Positions 9,844 through 19,177 of a stretch of DNA of 64,000 nucleotides are shown in pieces. Position numbers and translations under genes: made by a program. The stretch is from the NCBI GenBank assembly GCA_016872195.1, contig VHAT01000010.1, positions 90 through 64,089 on the forward strand, written 5' to 3'. Source of the DNA: Sphingomonadales bacterium. GTDB taxonomy: Bacteria; Bacteroidota; Bacteroidia; Chitinophagales; Chitinophagaceae. Numbering within the stretch: position 1 is the first letter of the stretch; each line of letters begins with the position of its first letter. The notes beneath the pieces were generated by a model. The model was not told the origin of the DNA, searched no databases, and saw only the letters and a list, made by a program, of their open reading frames with translations.

Positions 9844-10053
9844 ATGACTAAGAAAGCAGAATTTGTAAAGAGTATTCACGGCATGAACGAGCAAGATCTC
9901 CGTGCCCGCTTGGCAGAGGACAAGCAGCGACTCAAGAAGTTGGAGTTCGCTCACGCGATCTCTCCGCTCGAGAACCCGATGACCATTCGCGGTCTGCGTC
10001 GCGATATCGCTCGTTTGAAGACCGAAATCAAGTTAAAGCAACAGCAAGCCTGA
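9844..10053 (+). CDS. rpmC: 50S ribosomal protein L29
   Basis: [19 protein letters not shown]; position between rplP and rpsQ. Confidence 0.97.
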   Translation: MTKKAEFVKSIHGMNEQDLRARLAEDKQRLKKLEFAHAISPLENPMTIRGLRRDIARLKTEIKLKQQQA

Positions 10054-10066
10054 TAAAAAACCCAAC

Positions 10067-10324
10067 ATGGAAGCCAGAAATTTAAGAAAAACCAGGATCG
10101 GTGTCGTTACCAGCAATAAAATGGCCAAGACCATTACCGTTGCCGTGGAGCGAAAAGTAAAGCATCCCATCTACGGAAAATTCGTAAAGAAAACGACGAA
10201 GTTCCATGCGCATGACGATAAGAACGAATGCAGCATTGGCGATGTGGTCAAGATCATGGAGACCCGCCCGTTAAGCAAGACAAAGCGCTGGCGCCTCATT
10301 GAAGTAGTAGAGAAAGTGAAATAA
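10067..10324 (+). CDS. rpsQ: 30S ribosomal protein S17
   Basis: [28 protein letters not shown]. Confidence 0.99.
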   Translation: MEARNLRKTRIGVVTSNKMAKTITVAVERKVKHPIYGKFVKKTTKFHAHDDKNECSIGDVVKIMETRPLSKTKRWRLIEVVEKVK

Positions 10325-10357
10325 ACTCATTGAACGTAATTATAAAATTTAGGTAGC

Positions 10358-10726
10358 ATGATACAGCAAGAAAGCCGTTTGAACGTAGCCGATAACAGTG
10401 GTGCCAAAGAGGTGCTCTGCATTCGCGTTCTCGGTAACAGCGGACAGCGTTATGCCAGAATAGGAGACAAGATCGTAGTGACCGTAAAGGATGCATTACC
10501 TGCCGGTGGTATCAAGAAGGGTACCGTGGCAAAGGCCGTCATCGTTCGGACCACTAACAAACTGCGTCGCAAGGATGGCTCTTATATCCGTTTCGATGAT
10601 AACGCGGTGGTGATCTTGAATCAATCTGATGAGCCTCGTGGTACGCGGATCTTTGGGCCCGTAGCCCGTGAGTTGCGCGATAAAGGATATATGAAGATCA
10701 TTTCACTGGCCCCAGAGGTACTTTAA
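10358..10726 (+). CDS. rplN: 50S ribosomal protein L14
   Basis: [28 protein letters not shown]. Confidence 0.99.
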   Translation: MIQQESRLNVADNSGAKEVLCIRVLGNSGQRYARIGDKIVVTVKDALPAGGIKKGTVAKAVIVRTTNKLRRKDGSYIRFDDNAVVILNQSDEPRGTRIFGPVARELRDKGYMKIISLAPEVL

Positions 10727-10763
10727 TAATTAATAACGGGATCGAATCCATAACGTCTATAGT

Positions 10764-11099
10764 ATGAAAACAAGATTCAAAGCCAAATTCAGTATCCGTA
10801 AAGGTGATACGGTGGTGGTTATTGCCGGCGACGACAAAGACCTGACCAAGCCCCGTCTCGTTCGGGAGGTGTTGGTTGAAAAGGGTAAGGTGATCGTTGA
10901 AGGTGTTAACATCATCACGAAGCACGCTAAGCCCACGGCACAAAACACCAAGGGTGGCATTGTCAAGAAAGAGGCGCCTATCAGCATCAGTAATGTGATG
11001 TTGTGGGATGCCAAGGCCAAAGCGCCCACTCGTGTTAAGCGCGAAAGAGAAAATGGCAAGACCTTACGAGTTTCTAAAAAATCAGGAGAAAAGATATGA
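10764..11099 (+). CDS. rplX: 50S ribosomal protein L24
   Basis: KOW motif [25 protein letters not shown]. Confidence 0.98.
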   Translation: MKTRFKAKFSIRKGDTVVVIAGDDKDLTKPRLVREVLVEKGKVIVEGVNIITKHAKPTAQNTKGGIVKKEAPISISNVMLWDAKAKAPTRVKRERENGKTLRVSKKSGEKI

Positions 11100-11668
11100 G
11101 TACTACAACCTATACCCCCAGATTGGCTTCCAAGTACAAGCAGGAGGTGGTACCTGCCTTGGTAAAAAAATTCAGCTATGAGACCGTTATGCAGGCGCCT
11201 CGTTTGGAGAAGATCTGCATCAACCGTGGCGTAAACGGTGCCGTCTCTGACAAGAAAACCATTGATATCGCTATCGATGAGTTGACTACCATTACAGGTC
11301 AAAAGGCCGTCCCTACGATGTCGAAGAAGGACATTTCTAACTTCAAGCTTCGTAAGAATATGCCCATCGGTGCCAAGGTAACGTTGCGTGGTAACAGAAT
11401 GTATGAATTTCTGGATCGTCTGATCGCCATTGCTCTTCCTCGTGTGCGCGATTTCAAGGGTATTAACGATAAGTCTTTCGATGGGCGCGGAAACTACACC
11501 TTGGGTGTAACCGAGCAGATCATTTTCCCCGAGATCGACATCGATAAGGTGAGCAAGATCACTGGTATGGATATCACCTTCGTAACTACGGCCAATACCG
11601 ATGAGGAAGCCTATGCGTTGCTGAAGGAATTGGGTATGCCTTTTAAAAATGCTAAATCATCTAATTAA
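11096..11668 (+). CDS. rplE: 50S ribosomal protein L5
   Basis: [40 protein letters not shown]. Confidence 0.99.
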   Translation: MSTTTYTPRLASKYKQEVVPALVKKFSYETVMQAPRLEKICINRGVNGAVSDKKTIDIAIDELTTITGQKAVPTMSKKDISNFKLRKNMPIGAKVTLRGNRMYEFLDRLIAIALPRVRDFKGINDKSFDGRGNYTLGVTEQIIFPEIDIDKVSKITGMDITFVTTANTDEEAYALLKELGMPFKNAKSSN

Positions 11669-11681
11669 ATAGTACAACAAC

Positions 11682-11951
11682 ATGGCAAAAACATCCGTAA
11701 AAGCCAGACAGCGCAAACGCGAAGAAATGGTAGATCATTATGCTGCCAAGCGCGAGGCGTTGAAAAAGGCCGGCAATTGGAAGGAACTCGACGAATTGCC
11801 ACGCAATGGTTCTAAGGTGCGTTTGAAGAACCGTTGTCAGCTCACCGGTCGTCCCAAGGGGTATGTCCGTTTCTTTGGCATTTCTCGTGTGGCCCTGCGT
11901 GATATGGCGCTCAATGGAAAGATCCCCGGGCTCAAAAAAGCAAGCTGGTAA
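11682..11951 (+). CDS. rpsN: 30S ribosomal protein S14 (89-aa, non-zinc-ribbon form)
   Basis: [23 protein letters not shown]; only one Cys. Confidence 0.98.
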   Translation: MAKTSVKARQRKREEMVDHYAAKREALKKAGNWKELDELPRNGSKVRLKNRCQLTGRPKGYVRFFGISRVALRDMALNGKIPGLKKASW

Positions 11952-11969
11952 TCCTAAAAAAAACGAATT

Positions 11970-12368
11970 ATGGTAACAGATCCTATAGCAGATTTTCTGA
12001 CAAGAATCCGAAACGCTCAAATGGCAGGACACCGTGTGGTGGATATTCCGGCGTCGAACCTCAAAAAGCGCATGACGGAGATCCTCTATAATCAGGGGTA
12101 CATTCTCAAATACAAATTTGAGGATGATAACAAGCAAGGCATTATAAAGATTGCCTTAAAATATGATCCTGCCACCAAGCAGCCGGCCATTCAGCGCATG
12201 GAGCGGATCAGTCGTCCCGGTCTTCGTCAGTACGCTAAGCCTGCCGATTTTCGTCGGGTAAAATCCGGACTGGGTGTCGCTATCGTCTCTACCTCCAAGG
12301 GAGTGATGACCGATAAAGATGCCAAGGCGCAAAATGTTGGAGGAGAAATTCTCTGTCACATCTATTAA
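11970..12368 (+). CDS. rpsH: 30S ribosomal protein S8
   Basis: DPIADFLTRIRNA, ISRPGLRQY, STSKGVMTD. Confidence 0.99.
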   Translation: MVTDPIADFLTRIRNAQMAGHRVVDIPASNLKKRMTEILYNQGYILKYKFEDDNKQGIIKIALKYDPATKQPAIQRMERISRPGLRQYAKPADFRRVKSGLGVAIVSTSKGVMTDKDAKAQNVGGEILCHIY

Positions 12369-12382
12369 AAAAATAATTGACT

Positions 12383-12937
12383 ATGTCTCGTATTGGTAAA
12401 AAAGCGGTCCCCGTTCCTTCAGGTGTCACCATCACCGTTGGTAAAGACAACGTGATCGCCGTAAAGGGTCCCAAAGGTGAACTTAAGCAGACCATCGATC
12501 GTGATATTACGGTAGAGGTAAAGGATGGACAGGTGTCTTTCTTACGCCCCACCGATCAGATCCGTCATCGTGCATTGCACGGTCTTTATCGTGCCATTGT
12601 GGCCAACCTGGTAAAGGGAGTAACACAGGGATACGAAAGAAAACTCGAGTTGATCGGGGTAGGTTTCAAAGCCTCCAATGCCGGTAATGTACTGGACCTG
12701 GCACTGGGCTACTCTCACAATATCATTTTTGAGGTACCCAAAGAGATCAAGGTGGCCACGGCACAAGAAAAAGGACAAAATCCGATCATTACCCTCGAGG
12801 GTATCGATAAGCAGCTGATCGGACAAGTTGCTGCCAAACTCCGCAGCTTGCGTAAGCCTGAGCCTTACAAAGGAAAGGGTGTACGTTATGTCGGCGAGGT
12901 AGTTCGCAAGAAGGCCGGTAAAGCAGCAGGTAAATAA
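12383..12937 (+). CDS. rplF: 50S ribosomal protein L6
   Basis: MSRIGKK, KGPKGEL, PEPYKGKGVRY. Confidence 0.99.
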   Translation: MSRIGKKAVPVPSGVTITVGKDNVIAVKGPKGELKQTIDRDITVEVKDGQVSFLRPTDQIRHRALHGLYRAIVANLVKGVTQGYERKLELIGVGFKASNAGNVLDLALGYSHNIIFEVPKEIKVATAQEKGQNPIITLEGIDKQLIGQVAAKLRSLRKPEPYKGKGVRYVGEVVRKKAGKAAGK

Positions 12938-12970
12938 TCAAATAACAAGCAGATCTAAATTCTTATATCG

Positions 12971-13330
12971 ATGACACCACAATTCAAAACCCAGCGCAGA
13001 CAGAACATACGTTACCGTATTCGTCGCAAGATCAGCGGCTCGGCTACCAAGCCCCGTTTGTCTATCTTTCGCAGCAATGCTGATATCTATGCACAGCTGA
13101 TCGACGATCTTAGCGGTCAAACGCTGGCTTCGGCTTCTTCTCGCGATAAGGACATTGCCGCGCAAAAGGGTACCAAGATCGAAAAGAGCAAGTTGGTCGG
13201 TGCAGCTATCGCCCGCAAGGCCGGGGAGCTGAACATTACCAATGTCACATTCGACCGTGGGGGATACCTCTATCACGGAAGAGTGAAATCGGTAGCCGAT
13301 GGCGCCCGTGAGGGAGGCTTGCAGTTCTGA
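12971..13330 (+). CDS. rplR: 50S ribosomal protein L18
   Basis: [28 protein letters not shown]. Confidence 0.99.
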   Translation: MTPQFKTQRRQNIRYRIRRKISGSATKPRLSIFRSNADIYAQLIDDLSGQTLASASSRDKDIAAQKGTKIEKSKLVGAAIARKAGELNITNVTFDRGGYLYHGRVKSVADGAREGGLQF

Positions 13331-13363
13331 TCAACCTAATTAACAACGACAAAAAAAATATAC

Positions 13364-13882
13364 ATGTCAAAGCTCAATGTAAACAGAGTAAAGCCCGGTG
13401 ATCTGGAGTTGAAGGATAAGTTGGTGGCCGTTAACCGCGTGGTGAAAACAACCAAAGGCGGACGCTCTTTCAGTTTCTCTGCCCTGGTGGTAGTAGGTAA
13501 CGGAAATGGAGTGGTTGGTCATGGCTTGGGTAAGGCCAAAGAGGTGCAAGAGGCTATCACAAAAGGAATTGAGGATGCCAAGAAGAATCTTATCAAAGTT
13601 CCTGTCATGAAGGGAACCATCCCCCATGATCAGTGGGCAAAGGAAGGAGCCGCCAAGGTATTGATCAAGCCTGCCGCTCATGGTACCGGTGTAATTGCCG
13701 GAGGTTCCATGCGTGCCGTATTGGAGAGTGCCGGGGTAACGGACGTGTTGGCCAAGTCATTGGGTTCTGCCAATCCTCACAATGTGGTGAAAGCAACAGT
13801 CAAGGCCTTAGCCTTGTTGCGCGAGCCCATCCAGGTAGCTAAAACGCGTACCATTGGTCTTAAGAAAGTATTCAACGGATAA
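13364..13882 (+). CDS. rpsE: 30S ribosomal protein S5
   Basis: [36 protein letters not shown]. Confidence 0.99.
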   Translation: MSKLNVNRVKPGDLELKDKLVAVNRVVKTTKGGRSFSFSALVVVGNGNGVVGHGLGKAKEVQEAITKGIEDAKKNLIKVPVMKGTIPHDQWAKEGAAKVLIKPAAHGTGVIAGGSMRAVLESAGVTDVLAKSLGSANPHNVVKATVKALALLREPIQVAKTRTIGLKKVFNG

Positions 13883-13892
13883 AATAAGAAAC

Positions 13893-14075
13893 ATGAAGAA
13901 GATAAAGGTAACATTGGTGAAAAGCCCGATCGATCGTCCGGAGCGTCAAAAGTTGACGTTGCAGGCCTTGGGTCTTAACAAAACCAATTCTTCACGCGAA
14001 TTGGAGGCCACCCCGCAAATACTGGGAATGGTTCGTAAGGTAACGCACTTGGTTAAAGTAGAAGAATCTAAGTAA
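13893..14075 (+). CDS. rpmD: 50S ribosomal protein L30
   Basis: MKKIKVTLVKSPI...LQALGL...GMVRKVTHLV; ATG at 13893. Confidence 0.97.
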   Translation: MKKIKVTLVKSPIDRPERQKLTLQALGLNKTNSSRELEATPQILGMVRKVTHLVKVEESK

Positions 14076-14078
14076 ACG

Positions 14079-14111
14079 GAAAGACCCGGAATCGGGTCCT
14101 TCTTATTTTTT
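14079..14111 (+). terminator. Terminator-like hairpin inside the spc operon, between rpmD and rplO
   Basis: GACCCG-GAAT-CGGGTC (extendable) followed by TTATTTTTT. Confidence 0.5.
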
Positions 14112-14164
14112 AAGCGAGCCCCGTATCAAATCGCTTTCGGGGCGATAAGTAAATAATAAAAGCT

Positions 14165-14614
14165 ATGAAACTGCATCAATTAAAGCCTGCAAAGGGGGCT
14201 ACACACAAAACAAAACGTATCGGTCGCGGAGATGGTTCCGGACACGGTGGAACTGCCACCAAAGGAACCAAGGGTGCACAAAGCCGTACTGGTTTCAAAA
14301 GTAAAATGGCTCACGAAGGTGGACAGATGCCCATTCAGCGTCGTGTTCCCAAGCGTGGTTTCAAAAATCCCCATCGTGTATCATACAAAGTGTTCAATCT
14401 GGGACAGATCGAGCAATTGGCTTCTAAGTACAATTTGACAGAATTTACCCTGGAGAACCTGTACATCAACGGACTGATTGCGCAGACCGATCTGGTCAAG
14501 TTGCTCGGGAATGGAGAGCTCAAGGGTAAATACAGTTTCCGTATTCATGCCGTTAGCGAAAAGGCAAAGGCCGCGGTTGAAGCCGCTGGCGGTACGGTCG
14601 AAATCGTAAAATAA
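14165..14614 (+). CDS. rplO: 50S ribosomal protein L15
   Basis: KRIGRGDGSGHGGT, HEGGQMPIQRRVPKRGF, AVEAAGG. Confidence 0.99.
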   Translation: MKLHQLKPAKGATHKTKRIGRGDGSGHGGTATKGTKGAQSRTGFKSKMAHEGGQMPIQRRVPKRGFKNPHRVSYKVFNLGQIEQLASKYNLTEFTLENLYINGLIAQTDLVKLLGNGELKGKYSFRIHAVSEKAKAAVEAAGGTVEIVK

Positions 14615-14642
14615 ATTAGCGGACTAAAATAGTTATAGCCCC

Positions 14643-15983
14643 GTGAAGAATTTTTTTAAAACACTCAAGAACATCTTTAGCATCGAGGACTTGCGCAACA
14701 AGATTCTCTTTACGGTGCTAATGATATTGATCTATCGGATCGGAGTACATATTGCCTTGCCTGGTATCGATCCAGTCAAGTTATCCTCGACCGAACAAAA
14801 TAACAGCGGTATCCTGGGTCTGATCGACGCCTTCTCCGGGGGCGCCTTTAACCAGGCCTCTATCTTTGCATTGGGGATCATGCCCTATATCTCTGCCTCC
14901 ATTTTTGTGCAGTTGCTGACGGTACTCGTACCTCATTTTCAAAAGATGCAAAAAGAAGGCGAGAGCGGAAGAAAGAAGATCAATCAGTATACCCGTTATC
15001 TGACCGTTATTGTGGCCCTCTTACAAGCCTCTGCGTATGTTACTTTCTTGGAAGGGCTTACCCAGCAGTCTGGTGCCATCATCACCGAATTCTCTTCTTA
15101 TTTCTACCTTTCTACGGTAGTGGTCCTGACCGCCGGCACATTGTTCGTGATGTGGATGGGCGAGAAGATCACAGACAAAGGTCTTGGAAACGGTACCTCC
15201 CTTATCATCATGGTCGGTATTTTAGGACGTCTGCCCCAATCCTTCTTACAGGAGCTTAGTAATAAGTCGGTCACCAATGGTCAGATCCTGATTTTTATTG
15301 TTGAAATGGCCATATTGATCGCCATCATCATGGGTTGTATCTTATTGGTACAAGGGGTTCGTAAAGTGCCTGTCAATTATGCCAAACAAATTGTAGGGAA
15401 TCGTCAATTTGGAGGTGCGCGTCAGTTCTTGCCCTTGAAAGTGAATGGCTCCGGGGTAATGCCTATCATCTTTGCGCAAGCGATCATCTTTATCCCCACT
15501 ATTTTTACCAGTTATAGTTCTCAAGAGCCCGGTAGTTTCTTATATGAGATTACCCAGCCCAAAAGTATTTTATACATGGCCGTTTACTCTGTGGTCGTGA
15601 TTGCCTTTACCTTTTTGTATACGGCACTTATTTTTAATCCCAAGCAAATCGCCGATAATCTCAAGCAAAACAATGGCTTTATTCCCGGCGTTAAGCCCGG
15701 TCAGCCTACGGCTGATTATATTGGTGCCATTATGGATCGAATCACTTTTCCCGGCGCTATCTTGTTAGCCCTTGTGGGGATCTTACCTGGTATTGCAGAG
15801 CGTTTGGGAGTAACAGGTCAGTTTGCCAATTTCTTCGGAGGTACCTCCTTGCTGATCATGGTGGGCGTCATCTTAGACACTTTGCAGCAGATCGAGACCC
15901 AGCTGTTGATGCGTCAGTACGACGGATTGATGAAGAGCGGTCGCATACAAGGCCGCCAAAGTGCTGCTCCCGTTGATATGTAA
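14643..15983 (+). CDS. secY: Preprotein translocase subunit SecY
   Basis: SIFALGIMPYISASI, ITDKGLGNGTSLII, SGVMPIIFA, FIPGVKPG, FGGTSLLIMVGV; GTG start. Confidence 0.99.
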   Translation: MKNFFKTLKNIFSIEDLRNKILFTVLMILIYRIGVHIALPGIDPVKLSSTEQNNSGILGLIDAFSGGAFNQASIFALGIMPYISASIFVQLLTVLVPHFQKMQKEGESGRKKINQYTRYLTVIVALLQASAYVTFLEGLTQQSGAIITEFSSYFYLSTVVVLTAGTLFVMWMGEKITDKGLGNGTSLIIMVGILGRLPQSFLQELSNKSVTNGQILIFIVEMAILIAIIMGCILLVQGVRKVPVNYAKQIVGNRQFGGARQFLPLKVNGSGVMPIIFAQAIIFIPTIFTSYSSQEPGSFLYEITQPKSILYMAVYSVVVIAFTFLYTALIFNPKQIADNLKQNNGFIPGVKPGQPTADYIGAIMDRITFPGAILLALVGILPGIAERLGVTGQFANFFGGTSLLIMVGVILDTLQQIETQLLMRQYDGLMKSGRIQGRQSAAPVDM

Positions 15984-16004
15984 CGTATTGTTTTGTGAAT
16001 AGAC

Positions 16005-16040
16005 AGACCCGGCCGCTTAAAAGGTCGGGTTTTGTTTTTT
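16005..16040 (+). terminator. Intrinsic terminator after secY
   Basis: AGACCCGGCC-loop-GGTCGGGTTT followed by a T-rich tail. Confidence 0.75.
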
Positions 16041-16057
16041 TAGATGATATTTGCGCC

Positions 16058-16852
16058 ATGATCGTAAAATCTGCTCCGGAAATTGAGTTGATGCGTCAGT
16101 CGGCCCTCTTGGTCAGCCGGGCCCTTACGGCTGTAGCCACTGAGCTTCGTCCTGGTCTTACCACGATCTGGCTAGATCAGTTTATAGGTACATTTATTCG
16201 CGACTGCGGTGCCGTTCCTTCTTTCCTGAACTATCATGGGTATCCCTACAATTCTTGTTTATCGGTCAATGACGTTGTTGTGCATGGATTTCCTACCAAG
16301 ACCGAACTGAAAGAAGGTGATATCATCTCGGTTGATATTGGCGTACTGTATCAGGGCTGGCATGGTGATCATGCGTATTGCTTTGCGATCGGTGATCCGG
16401 GAAAGGAGGTTATGCAACTTATTAAGGTGACAAAGGAATCATTGTACTTGGGAATCGAGAAAGCCGTTGCGGGAAATCGGGTGGGTGATATTTCATTTGC
16501 TATACAATCGCACACCGAAAAGCAACATGGTTATGGGGTGGTCAGAGAATTGGTAGGACACGGTCTGGGAAGAGACTTGCACGAAGACCCCCAGGTGCCA
16601 AACTATGGGAAAAGGGGCACGGGGCCAAAGCTAAAAGAGGGATTGGTATTGGCCATTGAGCCTATGATCAACCTTGGAAAAAAAGAAGTATACACGGCCT
16701 CCGATGGGTGGACCGTTCGGACGAAAGACGGAAAGCCTTCCGTTCATTTTGAGCATGATGTTTGCGTAAGAAAAGATAAGGCCGATATTTTATCGGATTA
16801 TACCGCTATTGAGGCTGCAGAAAAGGCCAATAGTTATTTGTTTACGATCTAG
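16058..16852 (+). CDS. map: Methionine aminopeptidase type I
   Basis: Metal ligands present in SVDIG, GDHAY, VGHG, IEPM and HFEH. ATG 16058 is preferred over the ORF-track start. Confidence 0.96.
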   Translation: MIVKSAPEIELMRQSALLVSRALTAVATELRPGLTTIWLDQFIGTFIRDCGAVPSFLNYHGYPYNSCLSVNDVVVHGFPTKTELKEGDIISVDIGVLYQGWHGDHAYCFAIGDPGKEVMQLIKVTKESLYLGIEKAVAGNRVGDISFAIQSHTEKQHGYGVVRELVGHGLGRDLHEDPQVPNYGKRGTGPKLKEGLVLAIEPMINLGKKEVYTASDGWTVRTKDGKPSVHFEHDVCVRKDKADILSDYTAIEAAEKANSYLFTI

Positions 16853-16877
16853 TCTTCTTTTTACTAATTTTCCCTTT

Positions 16878-18122
16878 ATGTCTACCCCTCCAAAACAGAC
16901 ACTGGTTGTGATCGGTGGGGGAGCAGCAGGTCTATTTTGTGCTGTCAATGCGGCTCGCTTGGCACCATCGCTTCAGGTGATTTTACTTGAACGATCCAAT
17001 AAATTATTGGCGAAGGTCAAGGTAAGTGGTGGTGGGCGTTGCAATGTGACGCATGCTTGTTTCGATCGCGCTCAATTTCCAAGTTATTATCCACGGGGAA
17101 GCGCTTTTGTAAAACGCTATCAACATCATTTTTTTACCCAGGATACGATCGATTGGTTCGCCGCTCGCCAGGTGATCTTAAAAACAGAGAACGATGGAAG
17201 GATGTTTCCTGTAACGGATAATTCTCAGACGATCATCGATGCGCTTTTACAAGAAGCGGCCACACATCGGGTGCAGATCAGGATGCAAGCAGGAGTAATT
17301 CAGCTGGTGCCAGGGGTTGGGCAATTCGAGATCTTGCTACAAAAGGAAGAAAAAGTGATTGCGCAGTATTGTTGTATCGCCTGTGGTGGTTCGTCGCAGC
17401 GTACCGCTTTCGATTGGCTTAGCGCATTGGGACATACACTCGTCGATCCCCTGCCTTCGCTTTTTACGTTCAACGCACCCGCCGATCCCATTGTCTCGTT
17501 GCAGGGCGTATCGGTGCAGACGGTTTCGGTCAAGATCAGTGGCACAAAATTTATGCAGACCGGTCCTTGTTTGATTACCCATTGGGGGTTGAGTGGTCCT
17601 GCTGTTTTGAAGTTGAGCGCCTATGCTGCTCGCGAGTTGGCACAACGCAATTATTCTTTTGGGATTCAGATAAATTGGTTAGCAGGAGAAGGGCATACTG
17701 CTTCGACGCTTGCCACCTTATTTGCCGATCAACGATTGTCTCATCCAGCGCAAAAGGTCAGTAATGGCAAGTTGCCGTCCATTCCGCAGCGGCTCTGGGA
17801 TTTTTTCTTGGGGCAAGCCGGTATCGCTGCAGAGCGACGTTGGGCAGATCTTTCCCGTCGCGAGGAGAACCAACTGATCCGCTTGCTCACTGATATGCCC
17901 ATGCGTATAGAGGGCAAGACCACTTTTAAAGAAGAGTTTGTTACCGCCGGTGGGGTAGCGCTTGCCGAGATCGATCCGGCTACCATGATGAGCAAGAAAA
18001 TACCCCGGCTTTACTTTGCCGGAGAGATCATGGATGTTGATGGCATTACGGGGGGCTTTAATTTTCAGCATGCCTGGAGTAGCGGAATGTTAGCCGCCAG
18101 GTCCATTGCCCTTTTGCAATAA
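16878..18122 (+). CDS. HI0933/YhiN-family NAD(P)/FAD-dependent oxidoreductase
   Basis: IGGGAAG, KVKVSGGGRCNVT, GRMFP, THWGLSGPA, FVTAGGV, DGITGGFNFQHAWSSG. Confidence 0.93.
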   Translation: MSTPPKQTLVVIGGGAAGLFCAVNAARLAPSLQVILLERSNKLLAKVKVSGGGRCNVTHACFDRAQFPSYYPRGSAFVKRYQHHFFTQDTIDWFAARQVILKTENDGRMFPVTDNSQTIIDALLQEAATHRVQIRMQAGVIQLVPGVGQFEILLQKEEKVIAQYCCIACGGSSQRTAFDWLSALGHTLVDPLPSLFTFNAPADPIVSLQGVSVQTVSVKISGTKFMQTGPCLITHWGLSGPAVLKLSAYAARELAQRNYSFGIQINWLAGEGHTASTLATLFADQRLSHPAQKVSNGKLPSIPQRLWDFFLGQAGIAAERRWADLSRREENQLIRLLTDMPMRIEGKTTFKEEFVTAGGVALAEIDPATMMSKKIPRLYFAGEIMDVDGITGGFNFQHAWSSGMLAARSIALLQ

Positions 18123-18129
18123 GCAGCAT

Positions 18130-19101
18130 TTACGATTGATCGAACTGTGGTTTGATCCTTACTTGGCACCAGGCACAAATCGGGGCCGCCAACAGGCAGC
18201 CGAATGTTATCCACCAAGAATGGGTATACCAGCCCAGCAGGATACTGGTCGTTAGTAAGTAAATAGGGTAGAGTATCAACAATAGGCTAGTAACTACGGA
18301 ATCGTAATGTCCGGTCTTCCCAAAATAGTGGATGGCTATACTTCGTATGGGTTTATACAAGGGCCAGTGAATGAGCTTACTGATCAGCGCCGGGAAGAAG
18401 AAAATGATCTTCTCTGCCGGGGAGATCTGTACACCCAATTTTTTTCTTTTGTTGCCGGTATCGTTTTTTTCTATTTCGTAAACCAGGGGTTGCAGTCGCT
18501 CTTGCAATAATTGATTAAAAGAGTTGAGTCGTTGTCCGTTGGAGTTATGATGGGGAACGTCCGCAGCAGCAATCGGCTCTCCGATATTGATGTCAACATT
18601 TTTTCCGAAAAGACGAAAAGAGCTGTAGTTGATGCCCACCGGAACAACTTGTAAGGGAATACCGGCTTCCCATGTTTGAATAGCCAGGCGCGCGGTACCT
18701 TTTTTTAGTGGACGTAAATGCCACTCATTAACGCATAGCGCTTCGCTATAGATGGTCACGATCTGTTGCTCTCGAAACAAAGCCACGCAAGCATCAAAGG
18801 TCTGGTAGTTTATGGTCAGGTTCTCTACGCCCTCGCTACTTCTGTAAACGGGCAAGATCTTTAGCCTACGTAATAAACGGGCATGTGTTTTGTTGCGAAA
18901 AGCATCTCCTCTTGCCAAGGCCCAAACCGGTTTGTCGAACAAGAGATCCAGTAGGATGGAATCCAAAAAAGAGTTAGGATGATTTGCTGCTAACAGCAGG
19001 GGGCCGTTCATCGCCAGGACCTCAGGACGATTGATCCGGATCTTTCTGCATAATATCTTGATTGCCAGTCTCCCAGCGAGCTTTAGCAGGGTGTATAACA
19101 A
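18130..19101 (-). CDS. 1-acyl-sn-glycerol-3-phosphate acyltransferase family protein (PlsC-like, C-terminal TM helices)
   Basis: NHPNSFLD (HxxxxD), LPVYR, SEA...LKKGTARLA, VPVGINY. Start uncertain; TTG 19101 is proposed so that it does not overlap rpsA. Confidence 0.85.
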   Translation of the reverse strand: MLYTLLKLAGRLAIKILCRKIRINRPEVLAMNGPLLLAANHPNSFLDSILLDLLFDKPVWALARGDAFRNKTHARLLRRLKILPVYRSSEGVENLTINYQTFDACVALFREQQIVTIYSEALCVNEWHLRPLKKGTARLAIQTWEAGIPLQVVPVGINYSSFRLFGKNVDINIGEPIAAADVPHHNSNGQRLNSFNQLLQERLQPLVYEIEKNDTGNKRKKLGVQISPAEKIIFFFPALISKLIHWPLYKPIRSIAIHYFGKTGHYDSVVTSLLLILYPIYLLTTSILLGWYTHSWWITFGCLLAAPICAWCQVRIKPQFDQS

Positions 19102-19136
19102 GGCCCGATTTTTAGTGAAAATAGCAATTATAAGCG

Positions 19137-19144
19137 TATCTTTG
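19137..19144 (+). promoter_or_regulatory. sigmaA -7 element for rpsA
   Basis: TATCTTTG, 33 nt upstream of ATG 19178. Confidence 0.7.
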
Positions 19145-19177
19145 CCACCCCGAAATAAAACCCTCGGGAAAGCAATC

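Noticed and set aside
17084-18215. Two near-consensus DnaA boxes (TTATCCACG, TTATCCACC)
   Set aside because: They are isolated, imperfect and inside coding regions, with no origin-like cluster.
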